DNA of 64,000 nucleotides from an uncultured virus (IMG/VR IMGVR_UViG_3300046519_000252) (taxonomy: Duplodnaviria > Heunggongvirae > Uroviricota > Caudoviricetes). The stretch lies in IMG/VR virus record IMGVR_UViG_3300046519_000252; one strand, given 5' to 3'. Below the pieces are notes generated by a model. That model was given only the letters and a program-made list of their open reading frames with translations. It ran no database searches and was not told where the DNA came from. Shown in pieces: positions 19,590-29,761 of the stretch. Within the stretch, counting starts at the first letter, position 1. Each line of letters opens with the position of its first letter. Position numbers and translations under genes: made by a program.

Positions 19590-19774
19590 GAAAAAGGAAA
19601 TTCTGGGCGGTTGTGTACGGCATACGCCTGGTATGGCTCGGTAACTAGTAAGCAGCCCTCGGCCTTCGGGTCGGGGGCTGATTCATTTTCAGCGGCGCCT
19701 TCCCGACATCTGCGGCGCATGAAACAATCGAGACATACTATTGACTGTGCGTCACTTCCGCCTAGGAGAAACAG

Positions 19775-21229
19775 ATGCCGTTACCCGCTGGATTATCCAC
19801 GGTCACCGTAAACGGCACCGCGCTGCGCCCCGGCACCGGCGAACCCCTCATCGGGCGTATCACGTTCACCCCGGAAGTCCCGCAAATCATCGACCTCGGA
19901 TCCGGGACCCTGCTCACCGGATCCGTAGCGGTAGCACCTGACGGATCCGGCAATTACCAGGCAATCGTCCTCGCCCCCGACTCGCCTGGAATCACCCCCA
20001 CCGGGTGGACCTACCGGGTTGACATGGATTTCGTCGGGGTCGCCCCCAACACGTTTTACATCGCCCTCTCCGCCGCCCAGCCGACGGTCAATATGGGCGA
20101 TCTCATTCCCGTAGGCCCGACTACCGGCAATGTGGTGGGCGGCGCCACGGTGGAAGGCGACTTGCATGTCACGGGGAATCTCACCGTGGGCAGCGCAGCG
20201 CCGGGTGTCATTCAGGCAGCCCCTCACGCGGCCACACACGCCTCCGGCGGCTCCGACCCGGTCACCGTTCAGCAGGCCCAGGTAGCGGGCCTCCCCGCCG
20301 CTCTGACAGCTCTCGGAGGCAGCAGGCCCCCATCCGGGGCAGCAGGCGGAGACTTGTCGGGCAGCTATCCGAACCCGGGAGTCGCCAAGATCAACGGGGT
20401 CGCGGTAAGCGGAACACCCACAGCGGGCCAGGTTCCGACCGCCACCTCCGGCACCGCCGCCACCTGGCAGACCCCCGCCGGTTCCTTGACCGCTGCAAGC
20501 ACGGTGACAGCGGGAACAACCGCCGGGCAGCCGTCCAGTGCGGGCAGCGCCACCACGTACTCCCGAGGCGACCACGCCCACGGCACCCCGGCCGTGCCCC
20601 GCCTGGACCAAGTCGGCGCACCCACCGCAGACGTGAGCATGAACTCCCACAAGCTCACCGGCCTCACCAACGGATCCGCAGCCTCCGACGCAGCCGCCTT
20701 CGGGCAGATCCCCGTCGCAGGCACCGCAGCAGGCACCTATGCCGCAGGCAACGACACCCGCATCACCGGGGCACTCCAGGCCGCCAACAACCTGTCCGAT
20801 GTGGCGAACAAGGTCACCGGGCTCACCAACCTCGGGCTCCCTGGCAAAGCCTGCGCCACGAACGAGACCAACTCGACCACGACCCAGCAGGCCTCCACCC
20901 AACTGGTGGTGCCTGTAGTGGCCAATGCCGTCTATTCGATGATGGGCAAGCTCGCGATACAGACCCCCTCGGCCGTGAACTTCGTCCACGGGTTTACTGG
21001 CCCCACCGGGGCCACCATGATCTGGGGCGACTCCAGTACATTCCTCAGCACCATCGGTTCCACTGACAGCTGGTCCGGTACCGGAGCCACCAAGTGGGCG
21101 AACATATTCGGGACCCTCACCACCGGCGCCAACGCCGGAAACCTCACAGTCACATTCGCCTCCGGCACCGCTGCAAACACCGCGACACTGGCAGCCGGGA
21201 GCCAGATCGTCCTTATGAGGGTCGCATGA
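19775..21229 (+). CDS. tail fibre-like virion protein
   Basis: Gly/Ala/Thr-rich; PSGAAGGDLSGSYPNP and ANNLSDVA fibre motifs; N-terminal ~170 aa paralogous to the next gene; TTA at codons 3 and 7. Confidence 0.7.
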   Translation: MPLPAGLSTVTVNGTALRPGTGEPLIGRITFTPEVPQIIDLGSGTLLTGSVAVAPDGSGNYQAIVLAPDSPGITPTGWTYRVDMDFVGVAPNTFYIALSAAQPTVNMGDLIPVGPTTGNVVGGATVEGDLHVTGNLTVGSAAPGVIQAAPHAATHASGGSDPVTVQQAQVAGLPAALTALGGSRPPSGAAGGDLSGSYPNPGVAKINGVAVSGTPTAGQVPTATSGTAATWQTPAGSLTAASTVTAGTTAGQPSSAGSATTYSRGDHAHGTPAVPRLDQVGAPTADVSMNSHKLTGLTNGSAASDAAAFGQIPVAGTAAGTYAAGNDTRITGALQAANNLSDVANKVTGLTNLGLPGKACATNETNSTTTQQASTQLVVPVVANAVYSMMGKLAIQTPSAVNFVHGFTGPTGATMIWGDSSTFLSTIGSTDSWSGTGATKWANIFGTLTTGANAGNLTVTFASGTAANTATLAAGSQIVLMRVA

Positions 21230-21295
21230 CGGTCCGTCCGGAACAGCAGACGGCTGTTTCCCGCATTTCGCTTACGGGCGTACAGGAGAACTGAA

Positions 21296-24200
21296 ATGTC
21301 GTTACCTCCCGGTTTATCGACGGTCACCGTATCGGGCCGGGTCACTCGTCCCGGTCAGGGCACCAGCCCTGATCCGCTGGTCGGCCGTATCACGTTCATT
21401 CCTGACGCCTCGCAGGTATTGGCCACCGCTTCCGGGGCGATCATCATGGGCACCGTCACCGCTGAACCTGACGGCGCGGGGAATTTTCAGGCGGTACTCC
21501 TTGCCCCTGATGCCACCGGTATTTCTCCCACCGGCTGGACGTACTCGGTACGGATCGATTTCATCGGGACAACGGATCCCGAGGTTTTCCACATCGTGCT
21601 GTCCAAGAACACTCCGACGGTCAACCTGACGACCCTCATTCCTGCGGGCCCGTCTCTCGGCAATGTCACCGGCAGTGCCACCATCTCAGGTGACCTGCAC
21701 GTCTCAGGGGACCTTTCGGTCGGCGGGACCGCCAGCATTCATGCCCTGCCGCATGCCTCAAGCCACGCTGTGGGCGGCAGCGACCCGGTCACCCCCGCTT
21801 CCATCGGAGCCGACCCCGCCGGAGCGGGTGCAGCCGCGCAGGCGTATGCGGACACTCTGGTGCCCAACGACTGGATCAACGTCCGCAAAGCCCCTTACAA
21901 CGCGGCCGGGGACAGCATCACCGACGACCGTGCGGCCATTCAGGCGGCGATCAACGCCGCGCAGGCACGCGGAGGCGGCACCGTCTACCTTCCCGCCGGT
22001 ACGTACGGGCTCGGGGCGACGCTGAACATTCCGGCGGGGGACGGCATTCAGATCGTCGGGTCCGGCTGGAAATCCGTCCTCAAGATCATGTACGGGGCGA
22101 ACTGCTACGCCATCACCTTCCCCGCAGCGGACACCCGCATCGCCATCCGGGACCTGACGATCGACGGCAACTGTGGCAGCCAGACCACCGCTTCAGGCGG
22201 CATCTACGCTGCGGGAGCGGTCGCCTGCGACTTCGAGCACATCCACTTCATCGCCTGCCGGGACAGCGCGCTGTATCTCGGCCCGCAGACCGGCGGCGCG
22301 TTCGGCCACAACAACCGGGTCGCCCGCTGCCTGTTCGACCAGTCCATGAACTCGACCGGTGCGGGCCGTGGCATCCACATGAACAGCTCGGACGAGAACC
22401 AGATCCTGGGCTGCGACTTCGAATATCTGGGCGGATCCGGCGGTACCGGATCCGGTACCGCTTCCATGATCTACGACCAGGCCGGTACCCAGTTCATCTC
22501 CGACTGCAACTTTGTCAACGGCGCCAACAACGTCATCGGTGTCCGGGTGCAAGACGCCAAGTCCACCAAGATCAGCGGATGCAACTTCGACGGTCTCGCC
22601 GGAACCGCGATCTTCCTCGCGGCACAGCGGTGCATCGTCACCGGCAACACGATTTTCTCCCCGGGGCACTCCGGTACAGCGGGCCAGGCCTCCGGCATCC
22701 ACCTGGAGTACGGCACCGCAGACAACATCATCGCGGACAACGTCATCACGTCCGACGCGGCCAACGGCATCTCCCGGGGCGCCATCCGCGAAGCCTCCGA
22801 CGGCGCCGCCGGTGGCAACAACATCAGCAACAACACGATCGTCACCCTGGGCACCTGGTCCTATGCCGCGCTCGACCTCAGCGGCAAGGGCTCCCAGGTA
22901 GTGGGCAACATCGGCGGAGGCCTGCCGGGCAACCAGGGACTGTTCATCAACCCCAAGACGCCCGCTTACAAGGCGGTCGGAGACGGCGTCACAGACGACA
23001 CCGCCGCGATCCAAGCCGCTATCAACGACTGCCCGCAGGGCGGCACCGTCTACCTTCCCAGAGGCGTCTACGGCACTACCGCACCGCTGACCGTGCCTCC
23101 CGGGGTCACGCTCCAGATGCCCCGGGCCAGCCTCATGGTCGGCGCCGGTCTCACCAACCCGCCGTGCGCGATCAAACCGCTGGCCTCGTTCAGCGGAGCC
23201 GCTGTGATCGTGCTGAAAGACGCGGCCACCGGCGGATATGGCGCCGTGTCAGCGGAACAGCGGCTGACCGACGTCCAGATCGACGGCTCCGGGTACACCG
23301 CTACCGCTCTGGACGGCATTCAGGCCAAAGGGAACGTGCAGAACGTCGCCATGCGGGGCGTCACCGTCCGCTACATGTCCGGCAACGGCATCTTCACCGG
23401 GGTCAACGCGGGCGCCTACCCGTACTCGTGGCGGCTGTACCGGGTGATGTCCGACAACAACCAGGGCCACGGATTCTCCTTCACCCTGATGACCGACATC
23501 ACGATGTTCGACTGCCAGGCCATCGGTAACGTGGCCAACGGCTTCAACCTGGTGAACCTGGCCAACAGCCAGCTCACCAACTGCCGGTCCGAATGGAACG
23601 GGAACTACGGCTACCTGTTCACCGGCAGCTGGGGATCCGGGGTCAGTTCCGGCGGTATGCAGATGACCGGCTGCTCCACCGACCGCAACGGTTTCGACGG
23701 CATCCGCATCGATTCCACCGGCACCGTGCCGTACGTCTTCAGCGGACTCATGCTGCGCCGGGACGGACGTAACGGAGGTGCTGGGGGAGGCGGTTACGCT
23801 GCCTTCGCCACCTACGGAGCCACCACCCCGGTCGTGGTGTCCGGACTGACCGTGTTCCCTGGAGTCGACGACGGCGGAGCGGGGACGAACAGCCCGCAGT
23901 ACGGCGTCAACGTCCAGAGCGTCACCTCCCTGTTCAGCCTGAACAACGCCTACGTGCAGGCGGCTACTACCGCTGTGCGGGATGACGGAACAAACGGTGC
24001 GGTGCTCATCGGGCCCGACGTGTTCACCGCGACGGGCACCACTGCTGCCCCTGTCGTTGCGGCCACGGCCCCGTGGAACTGGCTGGGTACCGCTATCGCA
24101 CGGCACACGGCGGCTGCGTCGAACATCCTGGAAGGCCGGGTGGCCGGTGAAAACTTTTCCCGGGCGGTGATGCGGGCGGACGGGATGATCGTCCTCGGGA

Positions 24201-24601
24201 ACGGCACCGGCGCCCCTGACACGACCGGCTTCTACCGCGAGTCTGCGGGCAACCTGAAGACCGATGCGTTCCTGGTGATGAACGGGAGCGGGCAGTCCAA
24301 CGGAACGTTCACCGTGTGGGGTGCGGACAAGAAGGCGCTCAAGGCCGGATCCCCGGGCGCGGGTGTGTCGGTTGCGGAGGGCGCCAACGCCCGTTTGGGC
24401 GTGGCAACCCTGGTAGCGGGTACGGTCACCGTCTCCAACACGAGTGTGGCGGCGAATACCCGTATTTTCCTGTCCCGGGCTACAGCGGGCGGCACGCTGG
24501 GCCAGCTGTCGTACACGGTGAATGCGGGTGTCGGCTTCACGATCAACGCCTCGACTGCTGAAACGTCCACGGTGAACTGGATGCTTGTCGAGCCTGCGTA
24601 G
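21296..24601 (+). CDS. tailspike/depolymerase-like protein with two pectate-lyase-type beta-helices
   Basis: two AxGDxxTDDxAAIQAAIN..GGTVYLPxGxY caps, each followed by parallel beta-helix repeats; TTA at codons 3 and 7. Confidence 0.8.
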   Translation: MSLPPGLSTVTVSGRVTRPGQGTSPDPLVGRITFIPDASQVLATASGAIIMGTVTAEPDGAGNFQAVLLAPDATGISPTGWTYSVRIDFIGTTDPEVFHIVLSKNTPTVNLTTLIPAGPSLGNVTGSATISGDLHVSGDLSVGGTASIHALPHASSHAVGGSDPVTPASIGADPAGAGAAAQAYADTLVPNDWINVRKAPYNAAGDSITDDRAAIQAAINAAQARGGGTVYLPAGTYGLGATLNIPAGDGIQIVGSGWKSVLKIMYGANCYAITFPAADTRIAIRDLTIDGNCGSQTTASGGIYAAGAVACDFEHIHFIACRDSALYLGPQTGGAFGHNNRVARCLFDQSMNSTGAGRGIHMNSSDENQILGCDFEYLGGSGGTGSGTASMIYDQAGTQFISDCNFVNGANNVIGVRVQDAKSTKISGCNFDGLAGTAIFLAAQRCIVTGNTIFSPGHSGTAGQASGIHLEYGTADNIIADNVITSDAANGISRGAIREASDGAAGGNNISNNTIVTLGTWSYAALDLSGKGSQVVGNIGGGLPGNQGLFINPKTPAYKAVGDGVTDDTAAIQAAINDCPQGGTVYLPRGVYGTTAPLTVPPGVTLQMPRASLMVGAGLTNPPCAIKPLASFSGAAVIVLKDAATGGYGAVSAEQRLTDVQIDGSGYTATALDGIQAKGNVQNVAMRGVTVRYMSGNGIFTGVNAGAYPYSWRLYRVMSDNNQGHGFSFTLMTDITMFDCQAIGNVANGFNLVNLANSQLTNCRSEWNGNYGYLFTGSWGSGVSSGGMQMTGCSTDRNGFDGIRIDSTGTVPYVFSGLMLRRDGRNGGAGGGGYAAFATYGATTPVVVSGLTVFPGVDDGGAGTNSPQYGVNVQSVTSLFSLNNAYVQAATTAVRDDGTNGAVLIGPDVFTATGTTAAPVVAATAPWNWLGTAIARHTAAASNILEGRVAGENFSRAVMRADGMIVLGNGTGAPDTTGFYRESAGNLKTDAFLVMNGSGQSNGTFTVWGADKKALKAGSPGAGVSVAEGANARLGVATLVAGTVTVSNTSVAANTRIFLSRATAGGTLGQLSYTVNAGVGFTINASTAETSTVNWMLVEPA

Positions 24602-24934
24602 GCCTAGCGGTTCTGGTTGTCGTTTTCAGCGGGGATCGTCAGGGACGTATCTCCGCTCGCCGCCCGGAGCAGCGGGAGCAGCAGTCTCCGCTGAAGAGCA
24701 GCTTGCAGCAGCAGGCGGTGCAGCTCGATCGCCAGTTCGGTCATGAGGATGCGGCGGTCGTGGTCTTTCCGTCGGCACAGCGGGGAGCAGTACTGCGCTT
24801 TTCTGCCGAGACGGCCCAGCAGAAAGGTTTCGCCGCAGCGCAAGCAGTCACGGGAAGGTCCCATTTCAACCATGGTCGCTGGCCTCTCCGGTGTAGGTGT
24901 GTTAGGGTAGATACATCGAACAAGGAGCGCTATC

Positions 24935-25084
24935 ATGGAACTGGTCAAGCTCTTTCTCTGGGTCCTCGCAAGCTACTTCCTCATCTGGCTTGTCTGTGCT
25001 GCCCCGTACGTGGTGTTCATAGCCTGGGTCAAGCGCACCTGGAGACTCAAGCGTAGACAGCACCGCGCCCGCCACCGGTCTTGA
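24935..25084 (+). CDS. small membrane protein (49 aa)
   Basis: box promoter at 24903, AAGGAG; hydrophobic stretch followed by basic tail. Confidence 0.65.
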   Translation: MELVKLFLWVLASYFLIWLVCAAPYVVFIAWVKRTWRLKRRQHRARHRS

Positions 25085-25099
25085 AAGGGTAGATACATC

Positions 25100-25282
25100 A
25101 TGAACAACCAAAATCCCCATATCACCCCCAACAACGACGGTACGGTAACCGTCACCCTCACCAGGGCACACGTCCGGGACCTCCTGGAGGACACCGAGAG
25201 TGCCTCCCTCCCCGGCCTCGCCAGCGCCGACACCACCGACTCACTGCTCATCGGCCTCAAGTCCTGGTACCGCAACGCCTGA
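25100..25282 (+). CDS. hypothetical protein
   Basis: directly after AGGGTAGATACATC box. Confidence 0.6.
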   Translation: MNNQNPHITPNNDGTVTVTLTRAHVRDLLEDTESASLPGLASADTTDSLLIGLKSWYRNA

Positions 25283-25333
25283 CCTGCAAAAACCAGGCAC
25301 AACCCACGTCACCCCCCCTTGAAAGGCATACCT

Positions 25334-25795
25334 GTGAAGACCCGTCACCTCCTCGCCGCCATAACGCTGGCGCTCCTCCCGCTCACCGCCGCGTGCAACG
25401 GTTCCACGGACGACCCGAAGCCGTCCCCGTCCAAGACCGCCACACCCGCCCCGGCGGCCGACCCCACGACGGAAGAGCCCGCCCCGGAGTACACCCCGGA
25501 CACGTCCGACTTCCTGATGACGGTCAAGACCACCCAGCGCCAGTGCTTCGGCTACGGCGTCGGCTGCAACGTCACCGTTGAGCCGGACGTCACCTACATC
25601 GGCACCGACACTATCGACCCGGACAAGACGTACTCGCTCACCTACGAGATCCACGGTGACGAGAGCGGCCCCGTGATCGATACCCTGACGCTGTCGAACG
25701 GTACGGACCTGCACTACCACTCGTCGATGCTGTCGACCGCCGGTTCCTACACCAAGATCAGCATCGAGATCACCGACGTGGAAGAGACCCTCTGA
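25334..25795 (+). CDS. lipoprotein
   Basis: KTRHLLAAITLALLPLTAAC lipobox, Pro/Thr linker. Confidence 0.8.
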   Translation: MKTRHLLAAITLALLPLTAACNGSTDDPKPSPSKTATPAPAADPTTEEPAPEYTPDTSDFLMTVKTTQRQCFGYGVGCNVTVEPDVTYIGTDTIDPDKTYSLTYEIHGDESGPVIDTLTLSNGTDLHYHSSMLSTAGSYTKISIEITDVEETL

Positions 25796-26010
25796 TGAAC
25801 GACTACTTGGAAACTCAACGGGATATCCGCCGACATGCCCTGGAGATGGCAACCCGTAGCAGCGTTCCAGGAACCGGCACCATCGCGGTAGTAGACAGAG
25901 CGCACTACTACGCGCACTACCTGAACGGGGACAGCACCGTCAACTGCAACAACAGGTGCCCCTTCGCCCCTCCCAAGGTCACCGGGGGACTGGACCTCGG
26001 CAAGGACTGA
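25795..26010 (+). CDS. hypothetical protein
   Basis: TGATG coupling. Confidence 0.6.
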   Translation: MNDYLETQRDIRRHALEMATRSSVPGTGTIAVVDRAHYYAHYLNGDSTVNCNNRCPFAPPKVTGGLDLGKD

Positions 26011-26021
26011 CCCCGGACAGC

Positions 26022-26060
26022 GAGAAAGCCCCTTCCGACCGAACCGGAAGGGGCTTTCTC
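26022..26060. terminator. bidirectional terminator
   Basis: GAGAAAGCCCCTTCCG..CGGAAGGGGCTTTCTC between convergent genes. Confidence 0.75.
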
Positions 26061-26096
26061 TGTGCGTGGGGAACCTGCCGCCTGAACGGCACAAAG

Positions 26097-26372
26097 TCAG
26101 CGGTTGCGCGGGTAGTCCTCCATCAGAACCGCCCACCGGGCCACCATGTTGGAACCCTCGGGGCCGATCACGGCGTTGGCGGGGACACCGTTCGCGTAGC
26201 ACTCCGCTACAAAGTCGGTGACCGCGTCCAGCGTCGGGGCACCTGCCATGGGACGTACAAACGTCTTGGGGCGCATCGGGTGGATGTTCTGATACTGGGC
26301 AGCCACTTTCGGGTCCAGGCGGGGCAAGGGGTCCTCCAGGGCAGACAAGATGGGCGACAGGTTCTCGGACAT
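26097..26372 (-). CDS. hypothetical protein
   Basis: ORF ends at the bidirectional terminator. Confidence 0.55.
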   Translation of the reverse strand: MSENLSPILSALEDPLPRLDPKVAAQYQNIHPMRPKTFVRPMAGAPTLDAVTDFVAECYANGVPANAVIGPEGSNMVARWAVLMEDYPRNR

Positions 26373-26589
26373 AATCTACCGCTATCCGTTGCGAAAATCC
26401 CACCCGGTATCGGCCAAAGAGATATGCTCCACAATGGTTGAGTCGCCTGCTTCAACCGCTCCAACCGCAGCCCCTGACGTCTCATCTCGTCGGGGGCTGC
26501 GGTGTTTTCACCCCGGCTACCGCTGTAACGGTATCTCTACCCTCCAGATATGCTAGGGTAGAGATACCATCGTTATCAGGGGGCTACCA

Positions 26590-27006
26590 GTGGCATTCCG
26601 GGACGACCTCCGCCCACGCGGAGAAGACCATCACAAAGCAGTCCTGACCTGGGCAAAAGTCAGGGCCATCCGCACCAGATACGCGCAGACCCGCGAAAGC
26701 GTCCAAGGCATCGCAGACGACTACAGGGTCTGCCGCAGCACCGTACGCGCCCTCCTGGAAGGCAAAACATGGAAAGATCCGGAGTACACCCCACCTGACC
26801 CCCCAGGGGCCAACAAGGGGGAACGGGCCCACACCGCAGTACTCACCCTGGACCGGGCCAAGGAGATCCGGGTGAGATACGCAGCAGGCGGGACATCCAT
26901 GGAAAAGATCAGCCACGAGTACGGCGTCAGCGTCATGACGATTCACCGGGTCATCTGGAACAAATGCTGGAAAGACCCTCAGTACACCCCACCGCTCAAC
27001 CGCTGA
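26590..27006 (+). CDS. tandem-domain HTH DNA-binding protein (HNH C-terminal-type domain x2)
   Basis: GE.H..AVLT...IR.RY...IA/IS..Y.V...T......K.WKDP.YTPP occurs twice. Confidence 0.8.
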   Translation: MAFRDDLRPRGEDHHKAVLTWAKVRAIRTRYAQTRESVQGIADDYRVCRSTVRALLEGKTWKDPEYTPPDPPGANKGERAHTAVLTLDRAKEIRVRYAAGGTSMEKISHEYGVSVMTIHRVIWNKCWKDPQYTPPLNR

Positions 27007-27235
27007 AACGCCACGACCCCCGACAGATACATCGTCGGGGGTCGCGGTGCGTCTGGGTCTCAGGTATCCGGACTCTCCAGCCCGTCCCGGATGTACGCCT
27101 CCACCGCCCGCAGCTCATCATGAGACGACAGCTCCATCGACGCCTCCCTCCCGTTCAAAGACAGCATCAGGATCGGGTTCTTCCCCTGCCCGAACACCGC
27201 CATCGCAGCCCACGCCCGGATCTGCTGATCATCCG

Positions 27236-27595
27236 TCACGACTGCTCCCTCTCCGCTTCGAGATACTTCCGAGCCTGCTCCAGCTCACCCGTGGACGGCT
27301 TCGTACCCGGACCGTAAACGCCCAAAGAGACCACCCGGTCATCCCCCGACTCCGCGAAGGTGTGCGTGTAGGCCAGATCGGGCTTACAACGCGTGGCGAA
27401 CTCTCCCCGGTTCAACAGGAAGACGCCGATAGCAGCGGAGGGGAGAGTCCCCTCGTCGTCCTCCCAGGCCTCCCAGACGAACCCGATCAGCGGGTACACC
27501 TCATGGAACGGTGCCAGCTCAGGTTCGACCGTGGCCACCATCACGTGGTAAGTGAACCCGGGAGGTGCAGGACAGATCTTCCGCTTACTTGTCAT
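27236..27595 (-). CDS. hypothetical protein
   Basis: GGAG RBS on minus strand. Confidence 0.55.
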   Translation of the reverse strand: MTSKRKICPAPPGFTYHVMVATVEPELAPFHEVYPLIGFVWEAWEDDEGTLPSAAIGVFLLNRGEFATRCKPDLAYTHTFAESGDDRVVSLGVYGPGTKPSTGELEQARKYLEAEREQS

Positions 27596-27712
27596 ACTGG
27601 TTCTGCTCCAAACGCTGCGAGGCCCAAAAGGCCCGCTGACCTGCGGTAATTGGTACTTGTTCTTCGATGTTTAACGTGGCATGATCCTAACATTGTTGAA
27701 GGAGGATCAGCT

Positions 27713-27892
27713 ATGTCCAAGAACACCGCTTTCATCGGGTTCCGCGCCCCCGAATGGATGGCAGACGGCATCAAGGCCGTCGCCGAGAAGCGCCGCGTAC
27801 CCGCCGACTCCATCGTCCTGCGGTGGGCCCTCGAAGACCTGCTCGCCCGGGAAGGCATCACCGAACCCGACGCCGAACACACCGCAGCCTGA
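27713..27892 (+). CDS. ribbon-helix-helix (CopG-like) protein
   Basis: AAGGAGG RBS; TAFIGFRAPEWMADGIKAVAEKRRV..SIVLRWALEDLL. Confidence 0.65.
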   Translation: MSKNTAFIGFRAPEWMADGIKAVAEKRRVPADSIVLRWALEDLLAREGITEPDAEHTAA

Positions 27893-27946
27893 CCCGACCC
27901 CACCACCCTGAACTATCCGTACCGTTGGGAGTGGAGAGACCCCAAA

Positions 27947-29761
27947 ATGGGTCAGACGATCAATCAGCACACCGAACAGGACCCGCAGACACTCGCTACC
28001 GGGACGCTCGACACCGGCTATCTGTCCTCGGTCAACGGTGTCCTGTGTGTCCAGGCGATGAAGACCGTTGAAGTAGACGGCAAAGAGAAGCGGGTGGAAG
28101 TCCCGGAGGAGTACGCCAACTTTGACATCAAAGCCCGTGCGGTCATCCGAGACGACACCACCAGTACATGGGACGTCCGGTTCACCCGCAAAGCAGACGG
28201 GGCGCCCATCGACGACCTCGTACCCGCTGCCGTCCTCACCGACCGCCGCAAGACCGAAGCGTGGCTGGCAAACCACGAACTGACGTGCGGAGACCCCATC
28301 GGTATCCGGGGACGCTTCCAGCCGGGACAGCGGATCATGCGCTACCTGATTCACCAGAAGCCCAAGCCCGCGAAGATCGTGCGGCAGCTCGGCTACCACG
28401 ACCATCTCCGGATGTTCCTCACCCCCAAGGGCGTGATCATCCCCGGAGAGATCGACTTCGACAACGCGCTGCCGTACCTGCCCGCTTGCAAGCTGGACAA
28501 GACGAACCCGCTGCCGTTCTCGTTCGGGTTCTCCCACCGTGGCGTCGGCGAGGTGCGGGAAGTCCTCGCGGAAGTCCTCGGGTTCCATGATGAGACCGCT
28601 ACCGCTCTGTTCGCCTCATGGTCCGTTATGTCCCTCATCCAGTCCGCTCTGATGAGCTACGTGGACCACTTCCCGGTGTTCGCGGTGGAAGCACCGTCAG
28701 GTACCGGCAAGACGACCGGCGCCCTGTCCATGCTGGCTGAGCTGCTCACCGGCTACAGCATGGGAGAGTCCCAGACGACGCTTCCGGTGACCCGGGATCT
28801 CATCGCCTCCACATGGTCCGGCTTCATCCACACAGACGACCTGGATGACCCCAAGCGCCTGTTTGAGCTGTTGCGTCTGTCGACGGCGAAGGGCACCGCC
28901 GGTAAGAAGGTCCCGGGTGCTACGGGTGCGTTCGGCAGCAACGGTCTGATCCAGCTGACGGGTTCCATGTACATCACGGGCGAGTACCTGGGGATGAACG
29001 AGGAGAAGGCTCTTCTGGACCGTGTGGTGAAGATCGGTCTGACGTCGCCGGTGGACCGCAAATCTCTCCGTCCGGGCCGTGAGCACGTGTCGCAGGGACG
29101 CGATTTGAAGGAGATGCAGCGGAGGTATCCCCGGGAGTGGGGTGGTCTGGCTGCGATTTCGGCCACGGTGATTTCCGAGGTTCTTCTGTATGTGGACCGG
29201 CTGTGTGAGCTGGTTGATCTTCTGAGGCCTTCCAGTGGTCGTGCGGGAGACAAGTACGCCGTGCTGCTCGCGGGGGCACGCATGGTGGACTGCCTGCTCG
29301 GTGACACCTACGCCTGGAATGGCGAGGGCATGACAAGCCAGCGGGTGCAGACCTGGGTGAACGGAGAACTCAACACCACCAGCTTCGACGGGGACAACAA
29401 GCTGACGCTCAAGGTGATCCCGGAGATCCTGGCGCTCGGCCTCCGCCCGGGGGAGTCGTTCAAGGGCGTCAAGATTGAATACCCGCCGTGCGGGTTCCAC
29501 CGTCACGCCCGCAGCGGAGAGGTCCGGCTGTTTTTCCAGGACAACCTGCTCCCGCTGTTCTGGGAGGTGTTCAAGGGCGGTCACAACGTGGACAAGCGGA
29601 CCGAGTCGGCATCGTCGCTGCGGGGGCAGGCCGAGGGTATGGGGTTCATCAAGAGCCAGCAGATCATCATCGAGGGGGTCAACCGACGGGTGTGGGTCGC
29701 TCCGCCGGAGGTGACGGAGACGATGCTCCAGCGGGTCCCTGATAGCACCGTGTACGGCTAG
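27947..29761 (+). CDS. P-loop replicative helicase/initiator-like protein (DUF927/primase-helicase C-terminal type)
   Basis: RQLGYHD, FAVEAPSGTGKT Walker A, IHTDDLD Walker B-like, ALLDRVV Arg finger, C-terminal wHTH-like GVNRRVW. Confidence 0.65.
   Translation: MGQTINQHTEQDPQTLATGTLDTGYLSSVNGVLCVQAMKTVEVDGKEKRVEVPEEYANFDIKARAVIRDDTTSTWDVRFTRKADGAPIDDLVPAAVLTDRRKTEAWLANHELTCGDPIGIRGRFQPGQRIMRYLIHQKPKPAKIVRQLGYHDHLRMFLTPKGVIIPGEIDFDNALPYLPACKLDKTNPLPFSFGFSHRGVGEVREVLAEVLGFHDETATALFASWSVMSLIQSALMSYVDHFPVFAVEAPSGTGKTTGALSMLAELLTGYSMGESQTTLPVTRDLIASTWSGFIHTDDLDDPKRLFELLRLSTAKGTAGKKVPGATGAFGSNGLIQLTGSMYITGEYLGMNEEKALLDRVVKIGLTSPVDRKSLRPGREHVSQGRDLKEMQRRYPREWGGLAAISATVISEVLLYVDRLCELVDLLRPSSGRAGDKYAVLLAGARMVDCLLGDTYAWNGEGMTSQRVQTWVNGELNTTSFDGDNKLTLKVIPEILALGLRPGESFKGVKIEYPPCGFHRHARSGEVRLFFQDNLLPLFWEVFKGGHNVDKRTESASSLRGQAEGMGFIKSQQIIIEGVNRRVWVAPPEVTETMLQRVPDSTVYG

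Noticed and set aside
19775..24601. Diversity-generating retroelement or invertible tail cassette
   Set aside because: No reverse transcriptase, no template/variable repeat pair and no flanking inverted sites seen. The resolvase is about 35 kb away.
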